A stretch of DNA of 64,000 bases from Candidatus Poribacteria bacterium (GTDB lineage Bacteria > Poribacteria > WGA-4E > PCPOR2b). The position numbers and the translations under genes were made by a program. Of this stretch, positions 49,636-59,532 are shown piece by piece (position 1 is the stretch's first letter; the number at the start of each line of letters is the position of its first letter). Under the pieces are notes generated by a model. The model did not search any database and had not been told where the DNA came from. It saw only the letters and a program-made list of their open reading frames with translations. The stretch lies in assembly GCA_965208675.1 (NCBI GenBank), contig OZ242351.1:3136001-3200000 (forward strand), in the 5' to 3' direction.

Positions 49636-49956
49636 TCATTCCGGCACATCGATTTCCATACTCAACAACAGAAACGAATACGACTTCCCGTGCATATCGA
49701 GCGCTAACGATTTGGTCACCCCGCCGCCCAAGCAATTTTCGAGTACAAAATTCAGCGCTGAAACGTTCGGCACTTCATAGCGTACAATCTCGCCGTGGCA
49801 AATGTCTTTGAACAATGCTCGAACCCGTTCCACCGTGACTTCACGGCACACAAGGTCATAATCTTCCTCCCGGTACGGGATGACCGACAGATTCACCGCA
49901 TCTCCCTTATCGCCCGATCGGCTGTGCGCTATTTCACGTAGTTGGACTCTTTTCAT
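49636..49956 (-). CDS. AtuA-related small ferredoxin-fold protein
   Basis: AHSRSGDKGD..RYE..ALNFVL..LGGG..SL..D.HGK. Confidence 0.8.
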   Translation of the reverse strand: MKRVQLREIAHSRSGDKGDAVNLSVIPYREEDYDLVCREVTVERVRALFKDICHGEIVRYEVPNVSALNFVLENCLGGGVTKSLALDMHGKSYSFLLLSMEIDVPE

Positions 49957-50094
49957 CCGCCGCCTCTATATTCAATTCCATTCATATTTACACATGTTTC
50001 GGCAGGTAAGGTTGGAAACCGAACCTACCGCAGTGTATAGGTAATTATTGGTTTTACTTTATTATTGGGAATTAATACCTTCCCCGGACAATCC

Positions 50095-51678
50095 TTACTT
50101 CAAACCGTTTGGATTAATCGGATCTGCGGGTCGCCCATTCACCAATAGACGTACCGCAAGCCCAAACGTATGCGTGAACAGACGCCCTTTTTCTTGAAGA
50201 TGCCAGTTTTCCAAAAGGCATGCGTCGAGAGATTGCGCATCAATCTCAATGGCAGCCTCGCGGATATTGACTTTCACGCCCTGAACAACCGATTTGTGTT
50301 GATGGTCTAGTGCATCCGCAATCCGCAAAATGGCAGCCAGCTTCTTTACCCGTCCCTTGTCAGCACACGAAAGCGCCTGAAAATGAGCGTGTTTCTGTTC
50401 GTTGGGGAACGCTTTGCGATGATAACGCGCGATATTGGCGATGAGTTCAAGTTGCTGTGGGTGAAGCCCAACAACCTCCGAATTTGATATCAAGTAATAC
50501 GAGTGTTTATGGTGGGTGCTTGAGTTGATATATCCGCCAATTTCATGCAGTGTCGCAGCTACACGTAGAAGCATTCGAGATTCCCGTGACAACTGATGCA
50601 GAGGTTGCAACTGATCAAATAGTAACTCCGCCAAATAACGCACCTGTTGTGCATGCCCCACATGAAACTGGTACTTGTGCCCAAGTGCTGTCGCCGCTTT
50701 CAAGATTTCCCCTTCTTCCAATGTCGTGTCCCACGAATTTCGGAAGCGGTCGACCATCTCTGCAAGCACGCCATCCTTGAGCCCGACATTCGCGGCATAG
50801 AGCCCACGTGCACCTACAACATTACTCAGAACTTCGGTGAGCACTAGGCTTGCCGGCAGAATGACATCCGCCCGATCTGCGCGCATGTCGTACCGCTTTA
50901 TACGTTCACCCACACTCTGTTTGGAAATTTCTTTGACGAAACGCCGAAAATCACGCAATGGAATAAAACGGATATCTTCCGGAAAACCGTTCCCTTCCAT
51001 TTCAGCCAACCCGATTTGTCTGCCAATCTCTTCAACATTGCCGCCGGTGCCCAGCACCAAATCAATTTTGTAAGTGTTGATTGCATCCAACGTCGTTTCA
51101 AGCAGTTGCTCCATGTAAGCCTTTAGCAGTAATACCTGCAGGTCAGAGATGGAATCAGTTCGCAAAAAGGTCTCGCACAACCGCACCGTTCCTAGACGCA
51201 GGCTGTTAGAATAGACAATCGAACCGTGGTCGATGACATCGAACTCAACACTCCCGCCTCCAATGTCGATGACCAGAGCAATTTTGTCGCGCAAATTGAT
51301 TTTACGGGTTACCGCGATTTGCACGAGGCGGGCTTCCTCACCGCCGGAAATTCGCTCCAATTGGATGCCCGAACTACTGTAAATCCGTTTTACAAAATTA
51401 TCGCCGTTGATAGCTTCACGCGCCGCGCTAGTCGCAATGGCGCGGGTGGAATGGACTTTCGACCGCTTGAGGGCATCTCGGAATTCTCCAAACGCCTCAA
51501 TCGCTTTCTGGATTGCCTCTTCCGCTAAAAAACCCGTCAAGAAAACTTCATGCCCTAAACGCACAGGGGCGCGGCATTGGTAAATCGGTGCAACGGATCC
51601 ATCTCCCCGCACTTGTACAATTTTCAGCCGCATTGCGTTGGATCCAACGTCAATGGCGGCAAACGATGCACTTTCCAT
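50095..51678 (-). CDS. ppx: Ppx/GppA exopolyphosphatase with HD-like C-terminus
   Basis: AAIDVGSN, ATSAAREA, SGGEEA, DIGGGSVE, GTGG, RADVI, LHEIG. Confidence 0.9.
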   Translation of the reverse strand: MESASFAAIDVGSNAMRLKIVQVRGDGSVAPIYQCRAPVRLGHEVFLTGFLAEEAIQKAIEAFGEFRDALKRSKVHSTRAIATSAAREAINGDNFVKRIYSSSGIQLERISGGEEARLVQIAVTRKINLRDKIALVIDIGGGSVEFDVIDHGSIVYSNSLRLGTVRLCETFLRTDSISDLQVLLLKAYMEQLLETTLDAINTYKIDLVLGTGGNVEEIGRQIGLAEMEGNGFPEDIRFIPLRDFRRFVKEISKQSVGERIKRYDMRADRADVILPASLVLTEVLSNVVGARGLYAANVGLKDGVLAEMVDRFRNSWDTTLEEGEILKAATALGHKYQFHVGHAQQVRYLAELLFDQLQPLHQLSRESRMLLRVAATLHEIGGYINSSTHHKHSYYLISNSEVVGLHPQQLELIANIARYHRKAFPNEQKHAHFQALSCADKGRVKKLAAILRIADALDHQHKSVVQGVKVNIREAAIEIDAQSLDACLLENWHLQEKGRLFTHTFGLAVRLLVNGRPADPINPNGLK

Positions 51679-51827
51679 TTTTTTCCCTCAACTCCCAACA
51701 AATTTACACGCCGTGAGTTTAGCATATCCCACTCGCCAGGTCAATTCAATCGCACGCTCACTTGAAACCGAGTTTCTCTTTAAAACTCGGTTTCTTAAAC
51801 GCAGCAAAAACCTGCAATTTAGCTCCT

Positions 51828-52118
51828 GTAGGTTGGGTTGATCGGATTTCACTAATGATGCACAATTTTACCTTTCGCTCCGGTAGCCTAACGCCGTCCA
51901 AGATTGAATGTGCAGAGCGTAACCCAACGCTTTTCGTCTTGCCGCACCGCCACCGATAACCTGAACGCCTCGCAAATAAGACAAGACTATCGCCTTCCCT
52001 ATTCGGTCAGTTGATCGTTGGGTTCGCTACACCTTATCAAAATTTAAAACGCATTCTAACCTCGAAACGTACACAACGTATATACTTTCTTTCGTCATCA
52101 CCGCTTAACCCAACCTAC
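51828..52118. repeat. GTAG-type REP doublet (REPIN/BIME-like) containing the 33-bp motif
   Basis: GTAGGTTGGGT...AACCCAAC...GTTGGGTT...ACCCAACCTAC; same architecture at 62625-63135. Confidence 0.75.
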
Positions 52119-52298
52119 AAGAACTGAATCATAGCCCATCATTCAATCACAAAAATCACAGTTCATACAGCTCCCATATCCCGCAGGATTAATCTCCGAA
52201 TCGCGACCTTTATTCGAATCCGAGTTTTTTTCTTCAAAACTCGGTACTTTAAACGGGCAATACATGGAAGCTACCTCGCCATTAATCCGCCAGACCGA

Positions 52299-52327
52299 TT
52301 GACATCAATCCAAAATTCGTGTAAAAT
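52299..52327 (+). promoter_or_regulatory. sigma-70 promoter of the BMC vertex genes
   Basis: TTGACA-N17-TAAAAT. Confidence 0.7.
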
Positions 52328-52372
52328 GATAGCGCTAAACATCAAATAGTATACCCTTCCACAGCAAGTACC

Positions 52373-52654
52373 ATGGATATTGGAAAAATCATCGGAACTG
52401 TTGTTGCCACTCGAAAAGACCCGAGCTTAACTGGGACGCGGCTGCTAGTTGTACAACCTCTCGATGCGAACGGCAAATCTGTGGCATCCCCCCTTATCGC
52501 CGTTGACCCGCACGGCGCCGCCGGCTATGGCGATACCATCTATATGGTCACGGGCGGTGACGCCATTGGCGTAATGTCGGGGCGTGAAATGCCCGTCGAC
52601 GTTGCTGTTGTCGGAATCGTGGATTCCATGACCGTAGCAAAAGCAGAGGACTAA
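52373..52654 (+). CDS. Bacterial microcompartment vertex protein (EutN/CcmL, BMC-P)
   Basis: GTVVATRKD..L.G.RLLVVQP..AVD..AG.GD..PVD.AVVGIVD. Confidence 0.92.
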   Translation: MDIGKIIGTVVATRKDPSLTGTRLLVVQPLDANGKSVASPLIAVDPHGAAGYGDTIYMVTGGDAIGVMSGREMPVDVAVVGIVDSMTVAKAED

Positions 52655-52656
52655 AG

Positions 52657-52953
52657 ATGTATATCGCAGAAGTAATCGGTAAGATTGTCTCGGTGATTAA
52701 ACACTCTGCTTACGACAATCGAACCCTATTACTCATCCAACCTTTGAATTTAGAATCCAAGCCCGTCAAAACCCCGACAATCGCTGTCGATTACGTCGGA
52801 GCCGGCGAAGGTGACATCGTCCTCGTTGGGGCAGGGCCGGGCGTGGCTCAGGAGGTCTTTGGCGTCCAAGATGCACCGATTAGAGAACTTGTAATGGGCA
52901 TTATTGATCGATTTGACGTTGATACATTTGACGCAACCGGGTACAAAAGTTAG
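52657..52953 (+). CDS. Bacterial microcompartment vertex protein (EutN/CcmL, BMC-P)
   Basis: VIGKIVSVIKH..LLLIQP..AVDYVGAGEGD..GIID. Confidence 0.9.
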   Translation: MYIAEVIGKIVSVIKHSAYDNRTLLLIQPLNLESKPVKTPTIAVDYVGAGEGDIVLVGAGPGVAQEVFGVQDAPIRELVMGIIDRFDVDTFDATGYKS

Positions 52954-53083
52954 CAAAATGTGAAAACATCTAACACCTTTCTACGTTGTATACTTGCGCA
53001 CAACATATAAATCGTTTGAATCCGGGCGTTAACTGATTATTCTAATCGTCAACTTGCATCAATCGACATAAGGAAACCGTACC

Positions 53084-53851
53084 TTGTTAATTCCATTGCC
53101 CAGTCCGCCTCGGGCGGAAAAATCTTCTAAACTCCCTAGCGCAGTGCAGTTGTTAATTGTTGCCAATATCCTTGTTTTTGCGTGTCAGCTCTATTATTGG
53201 CATTATCGCGGCTTGAATCTCTCGTTACATTTCGGCGCAATACCCCAAAGGATTAGCGAATTTATCTTCTTTTTTCCGCAACTTCCGGACCTATCGCGTC
53301 CAACCCTAATTACCTCTCTTTTTCTGCACGATACATATAACCTCCATGGGGGTTTTGTCCATCTCATAGGTAATTTGCTGTATCTATCAGCGTTCGGCCC
53401 CAATCTTGAGAATGCAATTGGACGGATGAAATTCTTCTTGTTTTATCTGCTATGCGGGGTGTCAGCCACCCTCTTGTACGTCGTGTTTCACTACAACTCC
53501 GATGTGCCTCTGATCGGCGCAAGCGGCGCAATTGCCGGGGTGATGGGCGCCCACCTTTTCGCACGTCCCAAATCCCGTATTCGATGTCTGTTTCTAATTT
53601 ATATCGTCTCTTTGCCAGCTATTGTTGTGCTTGTCCCTTGGATACTAGTGCAATTGTTCAATTTTGTTTATCTTTCATCTCAAGATGCTGCAGTAGCTTG
53701 GTTGGCACACATCGGCGGTTTTTTAGCAGGGATCTTTTTGATAGGCAAATTCCAAATTTCTTGGTGGCCTCCTCGAAAACATGAGACCGCCAATAGCCTA
53801 AACCATACATATTCAAATCCCAATGTCCCTTTAATGAAGATTGGACGCTGA
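53084..53851 (+). CDS. Rhomboid intramembrane serine protease
   Basis: FLH..HLIGN, GASG catalytic Ser, AHIGG catalytic His. Confidence 0.92.
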   Translation: MLIPLPSPPRAEKSSKLPSAVQLLIVANILVFACQLYYWHYRGLNLSLHFGAIPQRISEFIFFFPQLPDLSRPTLITSLFLHDTYNLHGGFVHLIGNLLYLSAFGPNLENAIGRMKFFLFYLLCGVSATLLYVVFHYNSDVPLIGASGAIAGVMGAHLFARPKSRIRCLFLIYIVSLPAIVVLVPWILVQLFNFVYLSSQDAAVAWLAHIGGFLAGIFLIGKFQISWWPPRKHETANSLNHTYSNPNVPLMKIGR

Positions 53852-53974
53852 CCGCTCAAACCGTTCATAATCTCTGCACTGCAACAGAAAACAACACCAT
53901 CGGACATTGCATCGTTCCAACCGCATGGCGCGATTGGAAAAACCGTAACTTACAAAATATAGGAGACCGATGAA

Positions 53975-55168
53975 TTGACAAGTAATTATCGACATCTGCT
54001 TTTGGGGCTGTCGCTTTGTGTATTATTGACATCTTTTACCGCGCTTGATAGTGCAGCCCGCCCGGAGTTCGCAGCGCGGGAAGATAAGGATTGTGTTTTC
54101 TGCCATATCGATCCCGCTGGCGGCGGCCCGCGCAACGCTGTCGGACAAGTTTTTGAAGAAAACTACTTTGAGTTCCCCCAAGATTTCGACCCCGAGTCGC
54201 TAATGGCTGAGGCGAAAGAAATCGCGCAAAGGTTAACAAGCGCAGTGGACATTCGCACCGCTTACATCAAGACGACCGACGTCGTTCACGAAGAGGAAAC
54301 ACTCGCCAACTGTGCCTCATGCCACTCATCCGTTGACAGCTTCTTGATGATGCAGGGGGAACTAACCGTCAACGCCGAAGCGTCTGATAAACTTAGACTG
54401 ACCCTGTCCAACAATTTAGGCGCAATGCTCAACGCTTTTGCCACAGTTGATGCAATTCCCGAACACCTCTACGTTAAAGTCGGCCAATTCCGGATTCCGT
54501 TCGGCCTCAAACAAAAAGACCATAACATTCTCGTTAAAGGTGGATACAATCTGGGATCAAACAAACGGGACGTTGGGGTTGAAGTGGGCGGATCATATGG
54601 CGGTTTATTCTATAACGCAGCCGTATTCAACGGTGGAAATGCGACAATCTTCTCCGGCGGCCGCTCAGCCGATGTGGATGAAAACCACCACAAGGCTTGG
54701 GTTGCGACTGCGGGCAGCAACGTGGGTCCGCTGCGCGCGGGTGTTTCCTATCTGCGCAATAAATCGCAGGATCAGCGCAGCATGACCGTTGGGACGTTTC
54801 TGACCGCGGTTCACAAAGACTTGGTTCTCGAAGGAGAATTCAATTTTGGCGGAAACTTCCGGGACGGTGAGAGTATCAGTTTCGGGGATGAGGACATTGA
54901 CTCCAAAGGCTACTATGTCGGTGCCAAATATCATTTGAGGCGGGGGATCGTATTGTCGGGCCGCTACGGCCTGTTTGATTCAAATCGAAAGATATTGGGA
55001 GATGCCCAACAGCGTGTAACAATCGCCGCACAATACACGTTTATGAAGAGTGGTTCCCTTGAGTTGCTTTATTGGCTCAACATTGAGAATGAGAACCGGA
55101 CCGATAATAATTCACGGCAACTTCGAGGCGTAGATCAGCTAATTTTAATGTCCCACTTCTGGTTCTAA
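53975..55168 (+). CDS. Outer-membrane beta-barrel with N-terminal dihaem cytochrome c motifs
   Basis: Signal peptide; CVFCH and CASCH; VKVGQFRIPFG..RDVGVE..AVFNG porin pattern; C-terminal Phe. Confidence 0.75.
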   Translation: MTSNYRHLLLGLSLCVLLTSFTALDSAARPEFAAREDKDCVFCHIDPAGGGPRNAVGQVFEENYFEFPQDFDPESLMAEAKEIAQRLTSAVDIRTAYIKTTDVVHEEETLANCASCHSSVDSFLMMQGELTVNAEASDKLRLTLSNNLGAMLNAFATVDAIPEHLYVKVGQFRIPFGLKQKDHNILVKGGYNLGSNKRDVGVEVGGSYGGLFYNAAVFNGGNATIFSGGRSADVDENHHKAWVATAGSNVGPLRAGVSYLRNKSQDQRSMTVGTFLTAVHKDLVLEGEFNFGGNFRDGESISFGDEDIDSKGYYVGAKYHLRRGIVLSGRYGLFDSNRKILGDAQQRVTIAAQYTFMKSGSLELLYWLNIENENRTDNNSRQLRGVDQLILMSHFWF

Positions 55169-55247
55169 AGTAGCATCCACACGCCGTATGCCGTAAACTG
55201 CATTACGTAACTATTTTCATCATTCCAAATAAAAGAAAGGATTAATT

Positions 55248-55580
55248 ATGTCTGTTGCGCTACGTATTCACAATCGCCGGTTAAAACTTAAGATGACGCA
55301 GACCCAGCTTGCGCAGAAAGCGAATCTGACACCTGCGGCAATATCCCAGTTTGAATCCGGCACACGTAAGCCGTCATTCGACACACTTTCAAGTTTAGCC
55401 GATGCCCTGAAAATTACTACCGACTATCTACTCGGCAAAAAGGAACAAGGCTACGACGACCTTTTAGCCGATCCGAAAGTCAGCATCATGTTTCGCGGCA
55501 TCATGGAATTCCCTGAGAAAGACAAAGAAACGATGTTTGAATTTTATGAATTTCTCAAAGCTAAAAATGAAAGTGAGTGA
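55248..55580 (+). CDS. XRE-family HTH transcriptional regulator
   Basis: MTQTQLA..ISQFESGTRKPS..LADAL..DYLLG. Confidence 0.92.
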   Translation: MSVALRIHNRRLKLKMTQTQLAQKANLTPAAISQFESGTRKPSFDTLSSLADALKITTDYLLGKKEQGYDDLLADPKVSIMFRGIMEFPEKDKETMFEFYEFLKAKNESE

Positions 55581-56437
55581 AGCAAAGTATTTGCGGACTG
55601 AAGATGGCTGGACGAAATTCCCTTAACTGGTCTAACGTTGCACACGGGCTGTCACACAATTCTCGTCATCCCGCTGAATGTGCACGTCGTTTGCTGCAAG
55701 AGTTAAACATTCATGCCCTACCGATTCAGCCCCAAAATATTGCCAAACAACTTGAGATCGTCATCTGGGAACGGGACATGGAAAGCCAATATGACGGCTG
55801 CCTGATGCGGGTCGGAGATACCTGGGGCATACTCATCAACAGCCAGATTCAGTCTCAATCCAGAAAAAGGTTCACTATCGCTCACGAATTGGGACACTAT
55901 CACCTGGATCGGGAGGCAACCGGAGATCGGCGCTGCCGCGGAGGCGAACTAGGCTTCTTTAACGCACGCGGTCCGGAAGAGCAGCGCGCAAACCAGTTTG
56001 CCGTTGAGTTATTGATGCCATCCCCATTTTTTCAGGAAGACGCCGAGAATCTGCCCAACGTCGGCCTAGCCGCAATCGACGCGCTCTCCGCCCGTTATGC
56101 CACTTCCCTTACAAGCACGGCAATTCGCTACACCCGACTGAGCCGGCATATTTGCGCTATCGTGTTCTCCGAGAATCGACAAATTAAGTATTTCGCCTAT
56201 TCAGATGACTTTCGCCGAAATAGCGACTGTTACCTTGTTAAAGACAAACCGCTTCACCCGGAGGCGTTGGCATCGTCCCTGGCTGATACCGCACTTAATG
56301 AAACTAGGGACAAACGGGGGAAGGTGCCCCTGTCATGCTGGTGTCCCGCAAAATCAGACCGGCTCATTATCGAGCATTCACGCTTCCTGCCCCGAATTAA
56401 TAAGGTGGTCTCCTTCCTTTGGATCCCGCAGGAGTGA
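55577..56437 (+). CDS. ImmA/IrrE-family zinc metallopeptidase
   Basis: RFTIAHELGH, EQRANQFAVELLMP, TSLTS.AIR; overlaps the XRE stop (GTGA). Confidence 0.9.
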   Translation: MKQSICGLKMAGRNSLNWSNVAHGLSHNSRHPAECARRLLQELNIHALPIQPQNIAKQLEIVIWERDMESQYDGCLMRVGDTWGILINSQIQSQSRKRFTIAHELGHYHLDREATGDRRCRGGELGFFNARGPEEQRANQFAVELLMPSPFFQEDAENLPNVGLAAIDALSARYATSLTSTAIRYTRLSRHICAIVFSENRQIKYFAYSDDFRRNSDCYLVKDKPLHPEALASSLADTALNETRDKRGKVPLSCWCPAKSDRLIIEHSRFLPRINKVVSFLWIPQE

Positions 56438-56584
56438 GCACATCGTTTTGTGGGAGAAGCTCCCTAACCTCGACTTTCAGAAATTATTCGTTTTCTCGCC
56501 GGTTTGTGGGAGAGGATTCCCAGCCTCGATTTACAATCAACCAATCACCCATTGGTTGAATTTGAACCGATAATGACAATAACC

Positions 56585-57424
56585 TCAGCCGCACTGAGAA
56601 ATCGCTAGTTTCAATGTGTTTTCTAGCAATATCGCGCGTGTCATGGGTCCAACCCCGCCCGGCACCGGCGTAATGAACCCCGCCGTACCCTTGACATTTT
56701 CATAGTCCACATCCCCAACAAGCCGACCTTCAAGCCGATTAATTCCGACATCAATCACGATTGCTCCCTCTCTAACCATATCTGCCTTAATCATTTCGGG
56801 TTTACCCGCCGCGACAATCAATATATCCGCGCTTCGCGTCTGTTCCGCCAGATCCCGTGTACGGGAATGGCAGTATGTTACCGTCGCATTGCGGTTGAGC
56901 AAAATCAACCCAATCGGTTTCCCGACAAGGCTGCTGCGCCCCACGCAAACCGCATGTTTGCCTTCGATTTCCTCGCCGGTTGATTCGATGAGCCGAACAA
57001 TCCCCGCCGGCGTGCACGGCAGTACGCACTCGCGGTTTATCATCAAATTTCCCAAGTTCGCCGCGCCCAAACCGTCAGTATCTTTTTCCGGTGCGATCGC
57101 GTCAATTACCGCCTGCCCATCAATCTGGTCGGGGACTGGCATTTGCGCCAGAATCGCGTGTATCTCCTTGCGCCCGTTCAACGTCTGTATTTGGTCAATT
57201 ACCTCGTCCTGGGTCGCCCCTTCGCTCATTCGGTAAACTTCCGAATGAAAACGAACGCGCTCGCAGTCCTTCTGTTTGTAATCTACGTAAATCGTTGAAG
57301 CCGGATCGTCGCCGACCTGCACTACTGCAATACCGGGCGTAAACTTCAGCTTTTTCACTGCGCGCCGCGTGTCGCTGCGTATCGATTTTGCGAGCCGGTT
57401 CCCGTCAATTATCTCTGCTGGCAT
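56585..57424 (-). CDS. folD: Bifunctional methylenetetrahydrofolate dehydrogenase/cyclohydrolase
   Basis: KDTDG, PCTPAG, GRSSLVGKP, DVGIN, TPVPGGVGPMT. Confidence 0.96.
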   Translation of the reverse strand: MPAEIIDGNRLAKSIRSDTRRAVKKLKFTPGIAVVQVGDDPASTIYVDYKQKDCERVRFHSEVYRMSEGATQDEVIDQIQTLNGRKEIHAILAQMPVPDQIDGQAVIDAIAPEKDTDGLGAANLGNLMINRECVLPCTPAGIVRLIESTGEEIEGKHAVCVGRSSLVGKPIGLILLNRNATVTYCHSRTRDLAEQTRSADILIVAAGKPEMIKADMVREGAIVIDVGINRLEGRLVGDVDYENVKGTAGFITPVPGGVGPMTRAILLENTLKLAISQCG

Positions 57425-57873
57425 TTATTGATGTCTCTCTCCTCATTCAACTGTATAACATAGGTCAAATCCCATAATCCTAAATGCTTGTACTCATACG
57501 AACACATCTACAATTATACCATACTCAATATCCTTCCATCTATACTCAATACGATTCATACTTTCCCATGTTTCGGTAGGTGCGATTGTCGCTCTCGCAA
57601 AACTATAGTTATGATATATAAACCCAGTGCAGAAACTTAGCAGGGCTGCATACCTGAAAACTTTGAACCTCTTGCTGAGAAGGAAAAAAGGCAGTTCTCA
57701 AAAATTTAGGTCGTCCGAATCTGGAAGTTGTCAATGCCAATATGCCAGTTCTGAAAACACGTTCATTGAACCATGAGTCGCTTATACGATTCATGGCATC
57801 TTTTTTATTTTCATTGTGTATATTTCATAATTTCACCTATTTAGCAACATTATGCTAAAATTTGTTTTATGTC

Positions 57874-57902
57874 TTGACAAACATTTATAGCTGTAGTATA
57901 TT
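57874..57902 (+). promoter_or_regulatory. sigma-70 promoter with upstream palindrome TTTAGCA-N6-TGCTAAA (57840-57859)
   Basis: TTGACA-N17-TATATT in an AT-rich divergent intergenic region. Confidence 0.6.
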
Positions 57903-58077
57903 TTATTCAAAGTCGTTCATTAAATCATTACAATCTAATCAGGGGATGGAGGTGTCGTGCGCATCGCTGCTGTTTACACCGTATGCGATTTACGCCGCTG
58001 CGAATAATCGTGTTTCGCAGTCGAAACGTAAAGACCTCACGATTCAATAAACTCAATTGTAAGGAGATGTACAACTC

Positions 58078-59439
58078 ATGAATCGCTATAGAAACCTTAA
58101 CTGGCGCGTCGTACTTTTGTCAGGCATTCTTATAATAATTAGAGGCGGCGTTGCTCAAGCACAAAAGGAAACGAATATCGATGGGCGCATTGCTTTCGAT
58201 TACCCCCAAACCCCGAAAGACAAAATCGAGTTCAATTTGACCGGGAAACTGATTGGGCTTGTTGCCAAAGATGCAACAACTGATTTGCTTGATATGCTGG
58301 AAGGGGTACATGTGCGCGGTTACCATCTCGGCGATGCACATCTCGGCGAAGTCAAACGTTATTACGAAAATAAGCTGACGAAAGAGGGTTGGGATATCAT
58401 CGCCAAAGTCAAAGAAGCCGATGAAATCATTGAGGTGCGTATCCTTTCCCATCAAGATGAGGTAAACGGACTATTCATCATGGCTGAAGGCGGCGGGGGA
58501 ATCATGTTCATTAATATCTTCGGGCGCATTAATCCGCAAATGATTGGTGAATTATTTGATAGTTTAGATATCAACGACCTTGGCAATTTTGATATAGATC
58601 TGGCAGACATGGGTATGGAGTTCGAGTTTAATCTGCCAGAGTTCGATGCAGATTTCAAACCAAAGCGGAAAAGAGTTCCATCGGGAAATCGGGAATTCTC
58701 CGAACAATTGGACTGGACGCTTGATGGCGCGGGCATCTCGGTCATCTCAGCGGAAACCAAAAACGGCGTTATCACGCTTGAAGACTCGGACCAAGATAAA
58801 GTCATTGTCCGTGCCTTCATACGAGTCCGTGCACGCAACACAGCAAAAGCAGAGGAATTTGCGAAAAAAGTTCAAGTTCACGTCGAGCGGCGCGGAAACG
58901 AGATAAAGATATACAAAAATCACCCCAAATCGCCATTGGGCATCGGCGTCAGTGTCAACTATGAAATTCAATGCCCGTCCGCTGTTAGTGTGAATCTGCA
59001 TTCAACCAACGGCAAGATCGAAATCAACGGTGTAGAAGGCACGGTTGATGCCAAGACGACCAACGGAGGCATTCAATTGCACGGCGGCGCCGGGCGGATT
59101 CACGCTGTCACCACTAACGGGAATATCGAAGCATCGGTCAGTCGATTAACGGACGAAGGGATGTTTGTCTCCACCAATGGCTCTTTGACTTTAGCGATCC
59201 GCCAAGGCGTTGCCCCGGTGACGGCAAGCACGACCAACGGTTCAATCAATTTGAAGCTTCCGGGAGATTTCTCCGGACATCTCGACGCTAAAACCAGTAA
59301 TGGACGGGTGCATTCGGATTTCGACGTTCCCTTCACGGACAAATCGAAAAAGCGCCTATCCGGCAAAATTGGCGAGGGCGGGCAAGCAAATGTCCAACTG
59401 CGAACCACAAATGGAGGTATCCATCTAAGAAAGTGGTAG
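58078..59439 (+). CDS. Secreted DUF4252-like + DUF4097 (adhesin-like beta-repeat) fusion
   Basis: N-domain LEGVHVRGY..GWDIIAKVKE..FINIFGRI; C-domain repeated (S/T)TNGxI. Confidence 0.75.
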   Translation: MNRYRNLNWRVVLLSGILIIIRGGVAQAQKETNIDGRIAFDYPQTPKDKIEFNLTGKLIGLVAKDATTDLLDMLEGVHVRGYHLGDAHLGEVKRYYENKLTKEGWDIIAKVKEADEIIEVRILSHQDEVNGLFIMAEGGGGIMFINIFGRINPQMIGELFDSLDINDLGNFDIDLADMGMEFEFNLPEFDADFKPKRKRVPSGNREFSEQLDWTLDGAGISVISAETKNGVITLEDSDQDKVIVRAFIRVRARNTAKAEEFAKKVQVHVERRGNEIKIYKNHPKSPLGIGVSVNYEIQCPSAVSVNLHSTNGKIEINGVEGTVDAKTTNGGIQLHGGAGRIHAVTTNGNIEASVSRLTDEGMFVSTNGSLTLAIRQGVAPVTASTTNGSINLKLPGDFSGHLDAKTSNGRVHSDFDVPFTDKSKKRLSGKIGEGGQANVQLRTTNGGIHLRKW

Positions 59440-59532
59440 CATTTCCTCGGATGAACAGTGGCACATTCCATCACCTCTGTGCTCGGACAGCCAAATCCAA
59501 ACTAACTTATCCTCAACGAAGGAGAGTCAATT

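Noticed and set aside
53084-53851. Rhomboid as the sortase for the C-terminal WGxIK motif
   Set aside because: The motif has no transmembrane helix as rhombosortase targets do, and the gene is not linked to the motif-bearing genes
57840-57859. CIRCE (HrcA) operator
   Set aside because: TTAGCA..TGCTAA ends match, but the CTC/GAG bases and 9-nt spacer are missing and no chaperone gene is adjacent
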